Source of the DNA: Eubacterium sp.
GTDB taxonomy: Bacteria; Bacillota; Clostridia; Lachnospirales; CAG-274
Length of the DNA stretch: 38,206 nt
Reading direction: 5' to 3'
NCBI GenBank assembly: GCA_020859645.1
Contig: JAJBVU010000272.1
Location: 1 to 38,206 of the forward strand
Part shown: one piece after another, positions 1 through 10,060 of the stretch
Layout of the letters: each line of letters begins with the position of its first letter
Position numbering within the stretch: the stretch's first letter is position 1
The notes under the pieces: generated by a model
Databases searched by the model: none
What the model was told of the DNA's origin: nothing
Seen by the model: only the letters and a program-made list of their open reading frames with translations
Made by a program: the position numbers and the translations under genes

Positions 1-66
1 GAATAAAATAGGCTTGTTTTGCGATATTTAAGCATTTACGGTTTAAAGAAAAGGCGATGTTTAAAA

Positions 67-978
67 ATGATTTACAAACTGGGAAGTCAACTTCAGGAGA
101 CTGATTTGGAAACAATAATTGAAGAAGAAGCCTCTGCGGTTATTATTACAAACGAAAGGGAATATCCTTATATTGCGGAAAGGCTTAAAATTCAGGCTGA
201 AGCGGATATTTCACTTTCGGAAATATTTTTCTGCAAGCTTGAAAGCCAGCCCGACTGTCTTTACGGAACACTTTCCATACCTCTCCTTTTGGATATTTTG
301 GGTCAGAAATATCAAATTGCCTACATAGTTACTCCCAAATATGTGGTTTTGATCGACAACGGAACATTTTCACTTCGGCTTGTAAACAGAATAAGAACAA
401 GAAAGGTTCACCAAGGTGAAACAAGAGAAAGATTTTTATCTAATTTTATAGCAGAATTTATTTCAAGAGACGCCGAGATTTTGGAAACCTATGAAAATAC
501 CCTTATGGAAATGGAGGACGAAGCCTCTAAGGGCGTTTCAGAGCATTTTCAAAGCCGACTTCAGCCTGTGAGAAAACAGCTTTTGACCTTAAGAAGCTAT
601 TATGACCAGCTTATGGATATGTCACGTGAATTGGAAGAAAACGAGGACCGCTACTTTGCCCGAAAGCAGCTTAAATATTTCGGCACAGCCGCCGACAGAG
701 CGGAACGCCTTAAAGACAGAACAGGCTATCTTTTGGAATATGCAAGACAGGTCAGAGATGCTTATCAGGCGCTGATTGACGCAAAGCAAAATGAAAACAT
801 GAAGTTTCTGACAATCATTTCAACCATATTCTTCCCCCTGACACTGATTACGGGCTGGTACGGTATGAATTTCGAAAACATGCCCGAGCTTAAAACGGGC
901 TATCCGGCAATAATTTTGGTAAGCCTTGCAGTAATTATTATATGTCTGCTTATTTTTAAAAAGAAAAAGATATTGTAA
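67..978 (+). CDS. corA: CorA-family Mg2+/Co2+ transporter
   Basis: The signature YGMNFENMP (GMN motif) lies between two C-terminal hydrophobic helices, after a long soluble N-terminal domain. ATG at 67 is preferred. The track start at 19 is an in-frame TTG with no better RBS. Confidence 0.85.
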   Translation: MIYKLGSQLQETDLETIIEEEASAVIITNEREYPYIAERLKIQAEADISLSEIFFCKLESQPDCLYGTLSIPLLLDILGQKYQIAYIVTPKYVVLIDNGTFSLRLVNRIRTRKVHQGETRERFLSNFIAEFISRDAEILETYENTLMEMEDEASKGVSEHFQSRLQPVRKQLLTLRSYYDQLMDMSRELEENEDRYFARKQLKYFGTAADRAERLKDRTGYLLEYARQVRDAYQALIDAKQNENMKFLTIISTIFFPLTLITGWYGMNFENMPELKTGYPAIILVSLAVIIICLLIFKKKKIL

Positions 979-1025
979 TATATAATTATAAAATGCTTAT
1001 AAAGATACAGCGGAAAGGCAAGTCT

Positions 1026-1871
1026 TTACACTAAGGATATACCTATTCCGAAAAGAATAAGTGCGGCGCAGCCGAGCCTCTTTTTTATATTCTGCTCCTT
1101 AAACAAAAGCTTTCCTCCCAAAATCGACACAAAGCAGGCTGACTGCTTTATAAGCGTCATAGCTGAAACACTGCTGTCCGGGTCGGCGTTTGCAATAAAA
1201 AGAGCCTTGTCGCCTATAACCAGTGTTAAGGCAATGAGAACAATCCAATAATTCTTTATTACTGACTTAAGTGAAATTTTCGTCCTTGTAATCAATATGT
1301 AAGCGCCGTAAAACAGCAGCATTTGAAGCATAAACCAAAACTGCAGTGCGCCGCTTTCCATATGCTTCATTAAAACCTTATCCATAACACCGCTTGAAGC
1401 GTTTAAAACACAGGAGACTATGGCAAGAGCCACAAATAAGGGCTTAGCCCTTTCCCCCTTTTCGTTTTTGCTGTAATTAACCAAAATAAGCCCTATAAGG
1501 ACTATGGCAAGCCCCACAATTTGGGTTATACTCAGGCTCTCGTTCAAAAAAATCAAAGCCATAAAGGTTGAAAAAAGAACTCCCGACAAATCCAAAACTC
1601 CGTAAAGGCTTACGGGAATTTTTTTAATGGCATTAAAGCCCAAAATCCAAGCGGAAAAAACGAAAAATGTTTTAAGGGTAATAAGCAAAATATAATAGGG
1701 GTCAAGCTTCAAGGCTTCCCCTGCTTCCGGTGTTACAAACAAGAACGACAGCAGTGAGAAGAAAAACAAAACCTCCATAACCTGACTTTGCTGAAGAGCC
1801 TTCTTTTTGAAAAGGTCACGCATACCCTTTAATATTCCGTATAATATTACAAGAAATATCCAAAGCTTCAT
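1026..1871 (-). CDS. EamA/DMT-family permease
   Basis: About 10 hydrophobic segments arranged as two repeated halves, typical of drug/metabolite transporters. AAGGA RBS upstream. The start abuts the stop of the upstream gene. Confidence 0.7.
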   Translation of the reverse strand: MKLWIFLVILYGILKGMRDLFKKKALQQSQVMEVLFFFSLLSFLFVTPEAGEALKLDPYYILLITLKTFFVFSAWILGFNAIKKIPVSLYGVLDLSGVLFSTFMALIFLNESLSITQIVGLAIVLIGLILVNYSKNEKGERAKPLFVALAIVSCVLNASSGVMDKVLMKHMESGALQFWFMLQMLLFYGAYILITRTKISLKSVIKNYWIVLIALTLVIGDKALFIANADPDSSVSAMTLIKQSACFVSILGGKLLFKEQNIKKRLGCAALILFGIGISLV

Positions 1872-1873
1872 TT

Positions 1874-2686
1874 TTATTTTTCCTTACGTTTTTTATTTTT
1901 CTTTTTGGCGGATTTCTTAATTGAAACCTTGCCGCCATTAAATTCTATTTTAGTCCCGAATCTGTCGCCTATGGCTCTTATCATAAACACAGGCAGAACA
2001 AGCATTCTCTTTGCTCTTGTGGGCTGTGTAATAAGGCGGTAAAACCACTCTAAGCCGTGGTTTATATAAAAATCAGGGGCTCTTTTGACATTTCCGCTCA
2101 TAACGTCAAAGCTTCCGCCTACGCCTATTATAATAATTGAATTAAGCTCGTCCTTGTGGTTATAAATCCACTTTTCCTGTCTGGGAAAGCCCAGTCCCAC
2201 CAAAAGAACCTCCGGGTTAAGGCGGTTAATCTCGTCAATAACCTCCTTTTCCTCCGGTGAGCCGTCTTTAAAATAGCCGTGGTGAGAGCCTGTTATTGAA
2301 AGCCCTCTGTATTTGCGCTGCATTTTTTGGCGTGCGGTGTCTGCTACGCCCTCTGCTCCGCCTAAAAAATAGACAGTGTTTACAGATGTTTTTATTTTGG
2401 AAAAAAGTGCCTGAATAAGGTCGTAACCGGCTACCCTCTCTTTAATGGGGTTGGGGTAAAACTTAGAAGCCTTGACTATGCCTATTCCGTCGGGAATAAG
2501 AATGTCTCCCGAATTTAAAACCGTCATAAACTCCTTGTCCTTTTGAGCCGCCATAACCATTTCCGGATTGGGGGTATAAATTACGGTTTTTCTGCGCTCA
2601 TTAAGGGCTATAAGGGTTATGCCCAAAGCCTCTGTCATAGATATATTGTTAAAGGGTACGCCCATTATTTTAGTAATTCCTGCCAT
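1874..2686 (-). CDS. tagA: WecG/TagA/CpsF-family glycosyltransferase (ManNAc/ManNAcA transferase type)
   Basis: The length, the N-terminal pattern (GVPFNNISMTEAL) and the GxGxPxQE-like core (VGLGFPRQEKW) are characteristic of GT26 TagA/WecG enzymes. GGGAGA RBS. Confidence 0.8.
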   Translation of the reverse strand: MAGITKIMGVPFNNISMTEALGITLIALNERRKTVIYTPNPEMVMAAQKDKEFMTVLNSGDILIPDGIGIVKASKFYPNPIKERVAGYDLIQALFSKIKTSVNTVYFLGGAEGVADTARQKMQRKYRGLSITGSHHGYFKDGSPEEKEVIDEINRLNPEVLLVGLGFPRQEKWIYNHKDELNSIIIIGVGGSFDVMSGNVKRAPDFYINHGLEWFYRLITQPTRAKRMLVLPVFMIRAIGDRFGTKIEFNGGKVSIKKSAKKKNKKRKEK

Positions 2687-2704
2687 ATTGCGTCATCTCC
2701 CGTA

Positions 2705-3811
2705 TTATGCTTTTCTAATAAGCTCTTTTAACAGCTTGTCATTTTTCTTTGCTTTAGTTATAAGGGGGGTGGTTTTTTCTTCAAGAGCCTTTTTAGTCTC
2801 TTCTATGTTGTTTAAAATTTTATCCGCAAGGCGGACTATATTTGCGCCCAAAAGACGGTCTGTTCTTATATCTGCGGCTTTCTCCATTCCCAAAGCGTCT
2901 AAATAATATTCTACCTTTGGGTCATAGACTATGCCAAGCATAGGCACGTTTTTAACAGCGGAAAATATAAGTGAGTGAAGGCGCATACCTATTGTTAAGG
3001 TAAGCTCCCCTACAATCGCCATAACCTCTTTAGGTCTGTAGGAACGGCTTAAAATATAGCTTTTTTCCTCCATTTGGCTGCAAATTTTTCTCGAAACCTC
3101 AACATCCGTTGAATACTGCATAGGTATGAAAAGGATATTATTTCCGTTTCTTATAAATCCGTCGCAGGCAATGGCTATTTCTCTTAAATATTCATCGCCG
3201 TATTTTGCCTTTTTCCAGTCTCTTACGGCTACGCCTATCAAGGGCTTGTCCGTGGGAACTCCCTCATATTCCAGAATTTCCCTTGCCGCCTCGCTGCTTT
3301 CACTCTCAAGGTTAAAAGCCGGGTCGGCAGTTACATAGGTAGGGGGAGCCGTTACGCCCATAGACACAAGGTCGTTCAGTGAAGGCTCTTCTCTTAGGGT
3401 TATAATGTCTACCTTATTGACGATTTTCCCTATAAGCTTACGGTTTTTATCTTTATTTACAGGACCTATGCCGTTGGCGTAGACCATTACACGCTTGCCC
3501 AAAAGCTTTGCAAGCTTAATAATTCCCAAATAATATATAAGGGAACGTGTACTTGAAACGTCCTGAAGGAGAGTGCCGCCGCCGGAAACAACCACATTGC
3601 TTTTAAGAACGGCAAAAAACACCTTAAAGGCGTTAAAACGCTGTACGGCATTAATTCCATATTCTGTTTTGGTAAATTCCGGGTCGAAGGACAGGGCTGT
3701 TAAGCGGACGGGCAAGTTCATTTTTTCAACCCCCTCTTTTATGGCAAGAAGGGTTGCCTCGTCGCCGCAGTTTCCGTAGCCATGATAGCCCGTTATAAGC
3801 ACTTCCGTCAT
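2705..3811 (-). CDS. csaB: Polysaccharide pyruvyl transferase CsaB
   Basis: N-terminal ITGYHGYGNCGDEA motif and overall CsaB-like length. ATG at 3811 has an AAGGAAG RBS 7 nt upstream. The track start at 3832 is a TTG overlapping the upstream stop. Confidence 0.8.
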   Translation of the reverse strand: MTEVLITGYHGYGNCGDEATLLAIKEGVEKMNLPVRLTALSFDPEFTKTEYGINAVQRFNAFKVFFAVLKSNVVVSGGGTLLQDVSSTRSLIYYLGIIKLAKLLGKRVMVYANGIGPVNKDKNRKLIGKIVNKVDIITLREEPSLNDLVSMGVTAPPTYVTADPAFNLESESSEAAREILEYEGVPTDKPLIGVAVRDWKKAKYGDEYLREIAIACDGFIRNGNNILFIPMQYSTDVEVSRKICSQMEEKSYILSRSYRPKEVMAIVGELTLTIGMRLHSLIFSAVKNVPMLGIVYDPKVEYYLDALGMEKAADIRTDRLLGANIVRLADKILNNIEETKKALEEKTTPLITKAKKNDKLLKELIRKA

Positions 3812-3828
3812 AGAAATTCTTCCTTTAA

Positions 3829-5352
3829 TCAATTAGTCTGTTTCTTATTTACTGCCGCTCTGTACCAAAATGACATTAAAACAGCGGCAAAAATCCAAAA
3901 TTCCGTTGACATAAGGGGTACCTCGAAAATGTTTTCAACAAGGTTGTGAACGATAATCCCGAAAAGTCCGCTCATTATGCCTATTTTTAAATATTTATGC
4001 TCCGAAGAAAGCTTAACAGCCCTGACGGAGTTTAAAAACACCTGATACATAAGGAAAACGAAGGCTATAAGCCCCACAACTCCCGTTTCTATCATTGTTT
4101 TTAAATAATAGTTATCCATATAAAATGTTTCCATATATTCGTCGGCTACCAAATACTGCATACCGTGGTTTATAGCCACTGCGCCGCCGAAATGACCTAA
4201 GCCCACGCCTGTCAGCTTTCCGTAAGACCACACCTTTAAGCCGTCTATCCAGCGGATAAGTCTGCCGCCGTTCATAGAGGACTCTATATAGTCGGCGCTC
4301 AGCATATAGCTTATTCTGTTGCCCACTTCGGGAACAAGAAACGCCGCCAAAACCGCCAGTATAATTACGGGAGCCAAAAGCTTTGGGTTATAAAACAAAA
4401 CAAAAACTATAACCGCCGCCATAAAGCCCATCCATGCCCCTCTTGAAAATGTAAAGGCAAGAGCCGCACACATACACAGCAGGAAAAAGCCGTAAAGCGC
4501 CTTTTTAACCTTAGCGGTTTCCTCCAAAAACAAGCCCACCCCTATGGGAATTGTCAGTGTAAACAGCCCTCCCAAAACATTGGGGCTTGTAAGTATTGAA
4601 TAAACCCTTGTTCTGACTCCCGCTTCGTTATGGTCTACCCATGAAGAAGGCATAGGAGCCGCAACAATATACTGATAAATGCCGTGAAGAGCCATTATAC
4701 TCAAAACAACAAAAAGGCAGATGCACAAATCTTTTGCGATTTTGTCGCTGTCGCAAAGCTTAAGCACCAAATAAAACCAAAATATATATTCGCAGACCGC
4801 TCTCATACCCTCAAAGCCTATGGTTCTGTCGGGAGAAACAACAAAATAACAGCCGAACATCACCGCAAGAAAAATAAGAATCGGTATATTTAATGGGCTT
4901 GTAACATATTTTCTGCCCTTGTGGTTATAGGCAAAGTCAAAAACCAAAAGCAGAAGCATAGCGAAGAAATAAAGCTCGTCCCAAGGTCCTGCCAAAATTC
5001 CGGCAGTTTTTCTTATAATTAAATCCGTAAAGGGATAGGCTGTCAAAATACACAGGAACACAGTCTTTTTGCTGACAATAAAATGCACAAAGCGGAAAAA
5101 TAAGCTGTTTTCCAAAACGGGCATAGCTTTATCGCAAAGAGCCGCAAACAAGCCCAAAACAGCATTGAAAAAAGCCGTTAAGCCGCAGCTTAAAACGCCG
5201 TAACCCCTGTAAAGATAAGCCCTTAACAAGCCGTAAACAAAGCTTGATTTAAAGGCGTTTCCCACAGAAGTCAAAACCCTTTTCGTTCTGCTTTCGCCGT
5301 ATTCATTTGACAGAGACAACAGCAGGTATGCCGCAAAGCTGTCTTTTATCAT
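3829..5352 (-). CDS. O-antigen ligase/polymerase-like (Wzy_C) multi-pass membrane protein
   Basis: More than 10 predicted TM helices, with a central loop region (FTFSRGAW) typical of Wzy_C/O-antigen ligase domains. Start is ambiguous: ATG 5352 or GTG 5361. Confidence 0.7.
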   Translation of the reverse strand: MIKDSFAAYLLLSLSNEYGESRTKRVLTSVGNAFKSSFVYGLLRAYLYRGYGVLSCGLTAFFNAVLGLFAALCDKAMPVLENSLFFRFVHFIVSKKTVFLCILTAYPFTDLIIRKTAGILAGPWDELYFFAMLLLLVFDFAYNHKGRKYVTSPLNIPILIFLAVMFGCYFVVSPDRTIGFEGMRAVCEYIFWFYLVLKLCDSDKIAKDLCICLFVVLSIMALHGIYQYIVAAPMPSSWVDHNEAGVRTRVYSILTSPNVLGGLFTLTIPIGVGLFLEETAKVKKALYGFFLLCMCAALAFTFSRGAWMGFMAAVIVFVLFYNPKLLAPVIILAVLAAFLVPEVGNRISYMLSADYIESSMNGGRLIRWIDGLKVWSYGKLTGVGLGHFGGAVAINHGMQYLVADEYMETFYMDNYYLKTMIETGVVGLIAFVFLMYQVFLNSVRAVKLSSEHKYLKIGIMSGLFGIIVHNLVENIFEVPLMSTEFWIFAAVLMSFWYRAAVNKKQTN

Positions 5353-5367
5353 AATAATCACTGCCTT

Positions 5368-5910
5368 TTATTCAGCCTCGGCAAAGCTTGACATATTGCC
5401 GAACATAGTCTCAGGGTCTATACTGTCAGCCTCGTCTGCGGGCACGAACTCAATGTTCCTTACCTTTGAGTTGCCCTCAAACTGCTGAGTTTTGAGAATG
5501 AATGTATAATTTACTCTGACCTCCTGCTCCCCTGCCTTAAGAGTAACCTCAGAGGGGTTTACCTTGTCTCTTATAATAACGTGGAGATCCTTCCAAAGGG
5601 GGTGCTGTGTTAAAACAGCGTTTCCGTCGGAGTCTACGCCGATATAAGCAGAAGGCTCAGACTCAACGTAAACAATTTCCCCTGTAGTCTGCTTTCCGTT
5701 TGCCACAAGCTTGTCGCCGGGCTGTAATGTATCAACGGCTTCGGGTACAACCTGATTAGCATAAAGCTCCACATACATATACTGCTCTTCCGAAAGAAGA
5801 TTTGCGTCTCCTACGTTTCGGCTGCTTGATGTTATTCTGTAAACAACCGCAATTACAACCGCCGCAATTATTATTAAAACAACAGCGTCTACCAAATTAA
5901 ATTTTTTCAT
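5368..5910 (-). CDS. Single-pass membrane protein, DUF4330-like
   Basis: N-terminal KFNLVDAVVLIIIAAVVIAVV anchor followed by a beta-rich soluble domain. From memory, this resembles DUF4330 proteins found next to csaB clusters. 14-nt overlap with the upstream gene. Confidence 0.55.
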   Translation of the reverse strand: MKKFNLVDAVVLIIIAAVVIAVVYRITSSSRNVGDANLLSEEQYMYVELYANQVVPEAVDTLQPGDKLVANGKQTTGEIVYVESEPSAYIGVDSDGNAVLTQHPLWKDLHVIIRDKVNPSEVTLKAGEQEVRVNYTFILKTQQFEGNSKVRNIEFVPADEADSIDPETMFGNMSSFAEAE

Positions 5911-7030
5911 CGTTTATTACCTCGTTATAAATTTTAATGTGTCTCTGAGCCATAGATTTAAGTGAAAAGTCCTTTTCAATCTTATTATAAAAGGCTTCCC
6001 CTGTTTTTTCTCTTAAATCCTTATCCTTTAAAAGCTTATATATATTATCGGCAAGAGCCTTCGGGTCCCCTGTTGGCGACAAAAAGCCTGTTTTGCCGTT
6101 TTCTATCATTTCCACAACGCCCCCTGCCGCCGTAGCCGCAGTGGCTTTTTTCTGTCTGCCGCCCTCTAATAAAGCATAGGGAAAGCTTTCGGAATAGCTT
6201 GAAAGCACGTTTACGTCAAGGGCATTATAAAAGCTGTCAATGTCCTCATAGGGAACATTCCCCAAAAAGCAAATGTTTTTAAGGTTATGATCCTTCACAT
6301 AAGCCTTTAAGTCCGCCTCATCGTCTCCGCTGCCGGCTATAAGAAAGCGGCAGTTTCGACATTTCCCCTGAAGGGCTTCAGCCGCCTTTATAAAAACGTC
6401 TACTCCCTTAACCTTTTGAAAACGGGCAGCTATGCCCACCAAAAGCACATTTTCCGGCAAATCCGGGCAGTAGGTCTTTAAAAACTCCTCTTTGGGCATA
6501 ACGAGGGGAATATTCTCCATATCAATGCCGTTATAGATAACCTTAAGCCTCTTGGGATCAAAGCCCCTTTCCTCCATCATATCCCTGAAAGCCTTTGTAA
6601 CGGTAAGAATACACGAAAACCGTCTCAAGGCAAAGGCGTTTATGGGGGTGTAGATAAGGTTCTTTTTAAAGCTGCCTGCAAAATCAAGCTTATAGTCGGA
6701 GTGAAGAGTTGTTATCATAGGCACTTTAACACGCTTTCTGATAAACACCGTAATATAGTTGGCTCTCGCCCCGTGACAATGAACCAAATCCGCTCCGCTT
6801 TCGTTTATATAATCGGCTATCTTTTTAAAAACCCTTATGTCATAGCGCTTTTCCTGAGGAATTATTTTTACGGGAATACCCAAAGCCCTTGCTTCCTCAG
6901 TAAATATGCCCTCCATAATGCACAGCAGAGAAACATCTGTATTCAGTTTTAAAAGGTTTTTAAGCAGCGACAAAACATGGGTTTTTGCTCCCCCTGTGTC
7001 GCCGCCTGAGATGAAGTGAATTACTTTCAT
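5897..7030 (-). CDS. GT4-family glycosyltransferase
   Basis: N-terminal GGDTGGAKTHV nucleotide-sugar fold start and a C-terminal ExFPYALLEGG (EX7E-like) motif. Confidence 0.8.
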   Translation of the reverse strand: MKVIHFISGGDTGGAKTHVLSLLKNLLKLNTDVSLLCIMEGIFTEEARALGIPVKIIPQEKRYDIRVFKKIADYINESGADLVHCHGARANYITVFIRKRVKVPMITTLHSDYKLDFAGSFKKNLIYTPINAFALRRFSCILTVTKAFRDMMEERGFDPKRLKVIYNGIDMENIPLVMPKEEFLKTYCPDLPENVLLVGIAARFQKVKGVDVFIKAAEALQGKCRNCRFLIAGSGDDEADLKAYVKDHNLKNICFLGNVPYEDIDSFYNALDVNVLSSYSESFPYALLEGGRQKKATAATAAGGVVEMIENGKTGFLSPTGDPKALADNIYKLLKDKDLREKTGEAFYNKIEKDFSLKSMAQRHIKIYNEVINDEKI

Positions 7031-7528
7031 TTAATTATTTCCTTTATTATCAGTCTTTCTTGCCATTACGATATTATATACTTTTATCACAATAAAACAA
7101 ATAACAACCCCTGCCGCAGCCCCGCCGGTATCCGCTGCCACATCCCACAAGGTGGATTCCCTGTCGGGAACAAAGCTTTGATGAAACTCATCTGTCAAGC
7201 CGTAAAGGCAGCAGAGGGCAATGCTCAAAGCCGCAGCCTGTAAGCCCTTTATTCCTCTTAAATTCAGCTCTGTAAAAATAAGAATTGCCAAAATGGAATA
7301 AAGAAAGCAGTGAGCCATTGAACGGACGTTTTTCGCAATAAAATCGTCAATATAGGTTATGCCGTAGTCCGTTACATTTTCGGAGATTTTTTTAGTCACC
7401 TTTTTCTGCTCTTCAACAACAATCTTGCTCAGCTTTCCTGAGTCCTCTCCTGCTTGGCTCGAAAAGGCAAATATAATCGCCATATGGGCTATAATCAATA
7501 TTAAAAACAGTGTTTTGAGGTTCTTCAT
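7031..7528 (-). CDS. VanZ-family membrane protein
   Basis: Four hydrophobic segments and the VanZ motif DEFHQSFVPDRESTLWDVAADTGG. Confidence 0.65.
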   Translation of the reverse strand: MKNLKTLFLILIIAHMAIIFAFSSQAGEDSGKLSKIVVEEQKKVTKKISENVTDYGITYIDDFIAKNVRSMAHCFLYSILAILIFTELNLRGIKGLQAAALSIALCCLYGLTDEFHQSFVPDRESTLWDVAADTGGAAAGVVICFIVIKVYNIVMARKTDNKGNN

Positions 7529-7543
7529 AAGATCACCTTGTTT

Positions 7544-8782
7544 TTAATTATTAAGTATTTCGGCAAGCTTTTCCGTCAAAATTTTTCTCTCATACTGCTC
7601 GATAACGGCTCTGTCGCCCTTAAAGGTTAAGCTTCCCTCTTCCCACTGTTTATAGTAGGAAAGAAGGTTTTTCTTTGCTCCGTCCTTGCTTTCTGTGTCT
7701 GAGACTGAGCCGATTTTGCTCTTTTCAACCAAATCCTTAGCCACACCGTTTGGGAGAAGCGCCAAAACAGGTCTGTTTGTGTTCATATATTCAAAGACCT
7801 TGCCTGTGTAAAAGGCGTCAGCCCCTCTTCCGCCCCCTTCAATAAGCAGGAGACTGTCAGCGGAAAGCTGTCTTTTTATACATTCGTCATGGGGAACATA
7901 CCCCACAATTTCAACAACGCCCTTAAGACCGAAGCTGTCAATCTGGGCTTGAAGCTTATCCTTATGATAATTTCCTATAAGCTGAACCTTAATTTTGTTT
8001 TTGTCTATTTTTCCCTCAGATATAAGCTCCGAAAGAGCCGAAAAGAATATATCGGGCTTTCTTCTGCCGTAAAGCGCACCTGTATAAACAAGTGTAAAAA
8101 CGCTGTTTTTCGGCGGCGTTAAGTTAAGCCCCTGAAAATCGTCCTTGTCATAGCCGTTCGGAATAACGAAAAAGTTATCTCCTGAAATACCGTTGTTTTT
8201 AATGAAGTTTGCCCTCATAACAGGTGAATTGGCTATGAGCCTGTCAGCTGTTGTTACAACACTGTGTTCCATATTCTTTTCGATTTTGGTTCTTACGGGG
8301 TTATAGGGTGCGTCTAATGTGTAGGGGTTATTCGTCCATTCGTCACGAAAGTCAACCACCCACTTAAGTCCCGTTTTCTTTTTAATATAAAGCCCCAAAA
8401 GATGGTCGGAATAGGGCGCAGAGGTTGTATAAACGCAGTCAATACCCTCTTCCTTAATTATTTCAAGAGCCTTTTTTCTTGAAGCCTTATACCAAAAGTA
8501 TGCCGAATCGGGAATAGTCAGCTTCCCCATAACCTTTCCGGGTATTCTGAAAGCACCCTTAAGCTCAGGGGCTTCATAGGGCTTTGTTCTGTAAATTTTT
8601 ATGCCTTCGGGAATATCCTTTAAAAGGGTTTCATCCTTAACGGGCATATTCCCGGCGGAACGTGTTAAAACAACAGGCTCCCACCCGAATGAGCGCAGGT
8701 GCTTTACAAACTTAACGCTTCGCTGAACACCTGAGCCGCCCATAGGGGGAAACTGATTTGCTATAATAAGTACCTTTTTCAT
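7544..8782 (-). CDS. GT4-family glycosyltransferase
   Basis: PPMGGSGVQR N-terminal motif and a two-Rossmann-domain GT-B length. 4-nt overlap with the upstream dehydrogenase. Confidence 0.75.
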   Translation of the reverse strand: MKKVLIIANQFPPMGGSGVQRSVKFVKHLRSFGWEPVVLTRSAGNMPVKDETLLKDIPEGIKIYRTKPYEAPELKGAFRIPGKVMGKLTIPDSAYFWYKASRKKALEIIKEEGIDCVYTTSAPYSDHLLGLYIKKKTGLKWVVDFRDEWTNNPYTLDAPYNPVRTKIEKNMEHSVVTTADRLIANSPVMRANFIKNNGISGDNFFVIPNGYDKDDFQGLNLTPPKNSVFTLVYTGALYGRRKPDIFFSALSELISEGKIDKNKIKVQLIGNYHKDKLQAQIDSFGLKGVVEIVGYVPHDECIKRQLSADSLLLIEGGGRGADAFYTGKVFEYMNTNRPVLALLPNGVAKDLVEKSKIGSVSDTESKDGAKKNLLSYYKQWEEGSLTFKGDRAVIEQYERKILTEKLAEILNN

Positions 8783-10041
8783 TTGTTTCTGCCGTCTCCC
8801 AAAAGCATGTATTTAAGCCCTGCTTTTTCAACTGTTTCTCTGTCGAAATAATTTCTTGTATCTAAAATTGTGTCGCCGTCCATAAGCTCCTTAATCTTAT
8901 CAAAGTCAAGATCCTTAAATTCCTTATGGTTTACGCATAAAATAACCATTGACGAACGATAGCAAGCCGCATAAACGTCACGCATACAGCCTACCTTTTC
9001 GTTTGCATGGGGGTCACAGGCATTAACCGCAACCTTTTCCTTCTTAAGCATTGACCAAAGCTTCATAATAGGCGACTCTCTTACGTCGTCTATATCGGGC
9101 TTATAGGTAACACCCAAAAGTGTAATAAGCTGACCGTTGAAGCCGCCGATAGTTTCCTTAATCTTTTCGAAAACATATTCGGGCATAGAATCATTTATAA
9201 GTCTGCCCTGATTAATAAGAAGGGCATTTTTACTCTTTTCAACCAAGAACCATGGGTCAAGGGCTATACAGTGGCCGCCGACACCGGGGCCCGGTGAATG
9301 AAGATTTACTCTGGGGTGCTTGTTTGCAAGAGAAATAACCTCCCAAGCGTTTACACCCAATTCTTCACTCATTTTTGCAAGCTCGTTAGCAAGGGCAATA
9401 TTAACGTCTCTGAAGGTGTTTTCCATAAGCTTGCACATTTCAGCTGTTGTAGCTGTTGTTATGCAGATTTCACCCTCGCATATATCCTCATAAAGAGCCT
9501 TAACAGCCTGTGCGGATTCGTCATTAATACCGCCGACGATACGGCTGTTTGTTCTCAGCTCATAAAGCACCTGACCGGGAAGTATTCTTTCAGGCGAATG
9601 GGCAACATAAACCTGAGTACCCATTTCAAGACCTGATTCCTTTAAAATAGGCAGCATAAGATCCTCAACTGTTCTCGGAGGCGAGGTTGACTCCAAAATA
9701 ACAATGTTTCCCTCTCTCAAATTGGGAACGATTGAACGTGTAGCCGTTTCAACATAACGCATATCCGCTGTTTTATCCGGGTTAATAGGTGTGGGAACAG
9801 CTATGATATAAACGTCGCTGTCCTCGGGACACTCTGTAGAACCTGTCAAGTTGCCGCTTTCAACAACCTGCTTTACAAGCTCCTTAAGACCCGGTTCTTC
9901 TATAATAATTTCTCCCCTGTTAAGGGCGTTTACAGCCTTTTTGTTTACGTCAAAGCCCACAACCTTATGACCCTTTGAAGCAAACATCGCCGCAGTGGGA
10001 AGACCCACATAGCCTATACCAATAACGCAAATGTTTTTCAT
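8779..10041 (-). CDS. wecC: UDP-N-acetyl-D-mannosamine dehydrogenase-type nucleotide-sugar dehydrogenase
   Basis: N-terminal VIGIGYVGLPTAAMFA Rossmann motif followed by NRGEIIIEEPGL, close to E. coli WecC. Catalytic-Cys motif GVGGHCI. Confidence 0.85.
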   Translation of the reverse strand: MKNICVIGIGYVGLPTAAMFASKGHKVVGFDVNKKAVNALNRGEIIIEEPGLKELVKQVVESGNLTGSTECPEDSDVYIIAVPTPINPDKTADMRYVETATRSIVPNLREGNIVILESTSPPRTVEDLMLPILKESGLEMGTQVYVAHSPERILPGQVLYELRTNSRIVGGINDESAQAVKALYEDICEGEICITTATTAEMCKLMENTFRDVNIALANELAKMSEELGVNAWEVISLANKHPRVNLHSPGPGVGGHCIALDPWFLVEKSKNALLINQGRLINDSMPEYVFEKIKETIGGFNGQLITLLGVTYKPDIDDVRESPIMKLWSMLKKEKVAVNACDPHANEKVGCMRDVYAACYRSSMVILCVNHKEFKDLDFDKIKELMDGDTILDTRNYFDRETVEKAGLKYMLLGDGRNK

Positions 10042-10060
10042 GGTTATCTTCCTTTCTTGA

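Noticed and set aside
19-66. N-terminal extension of CorA from the TTG at 19
   Set aside because: It is a non-ATG start with no better RBS, and the added residues are basic, non-conserved-looking sequence. ATG at 67 is preferred, but this is not certain.
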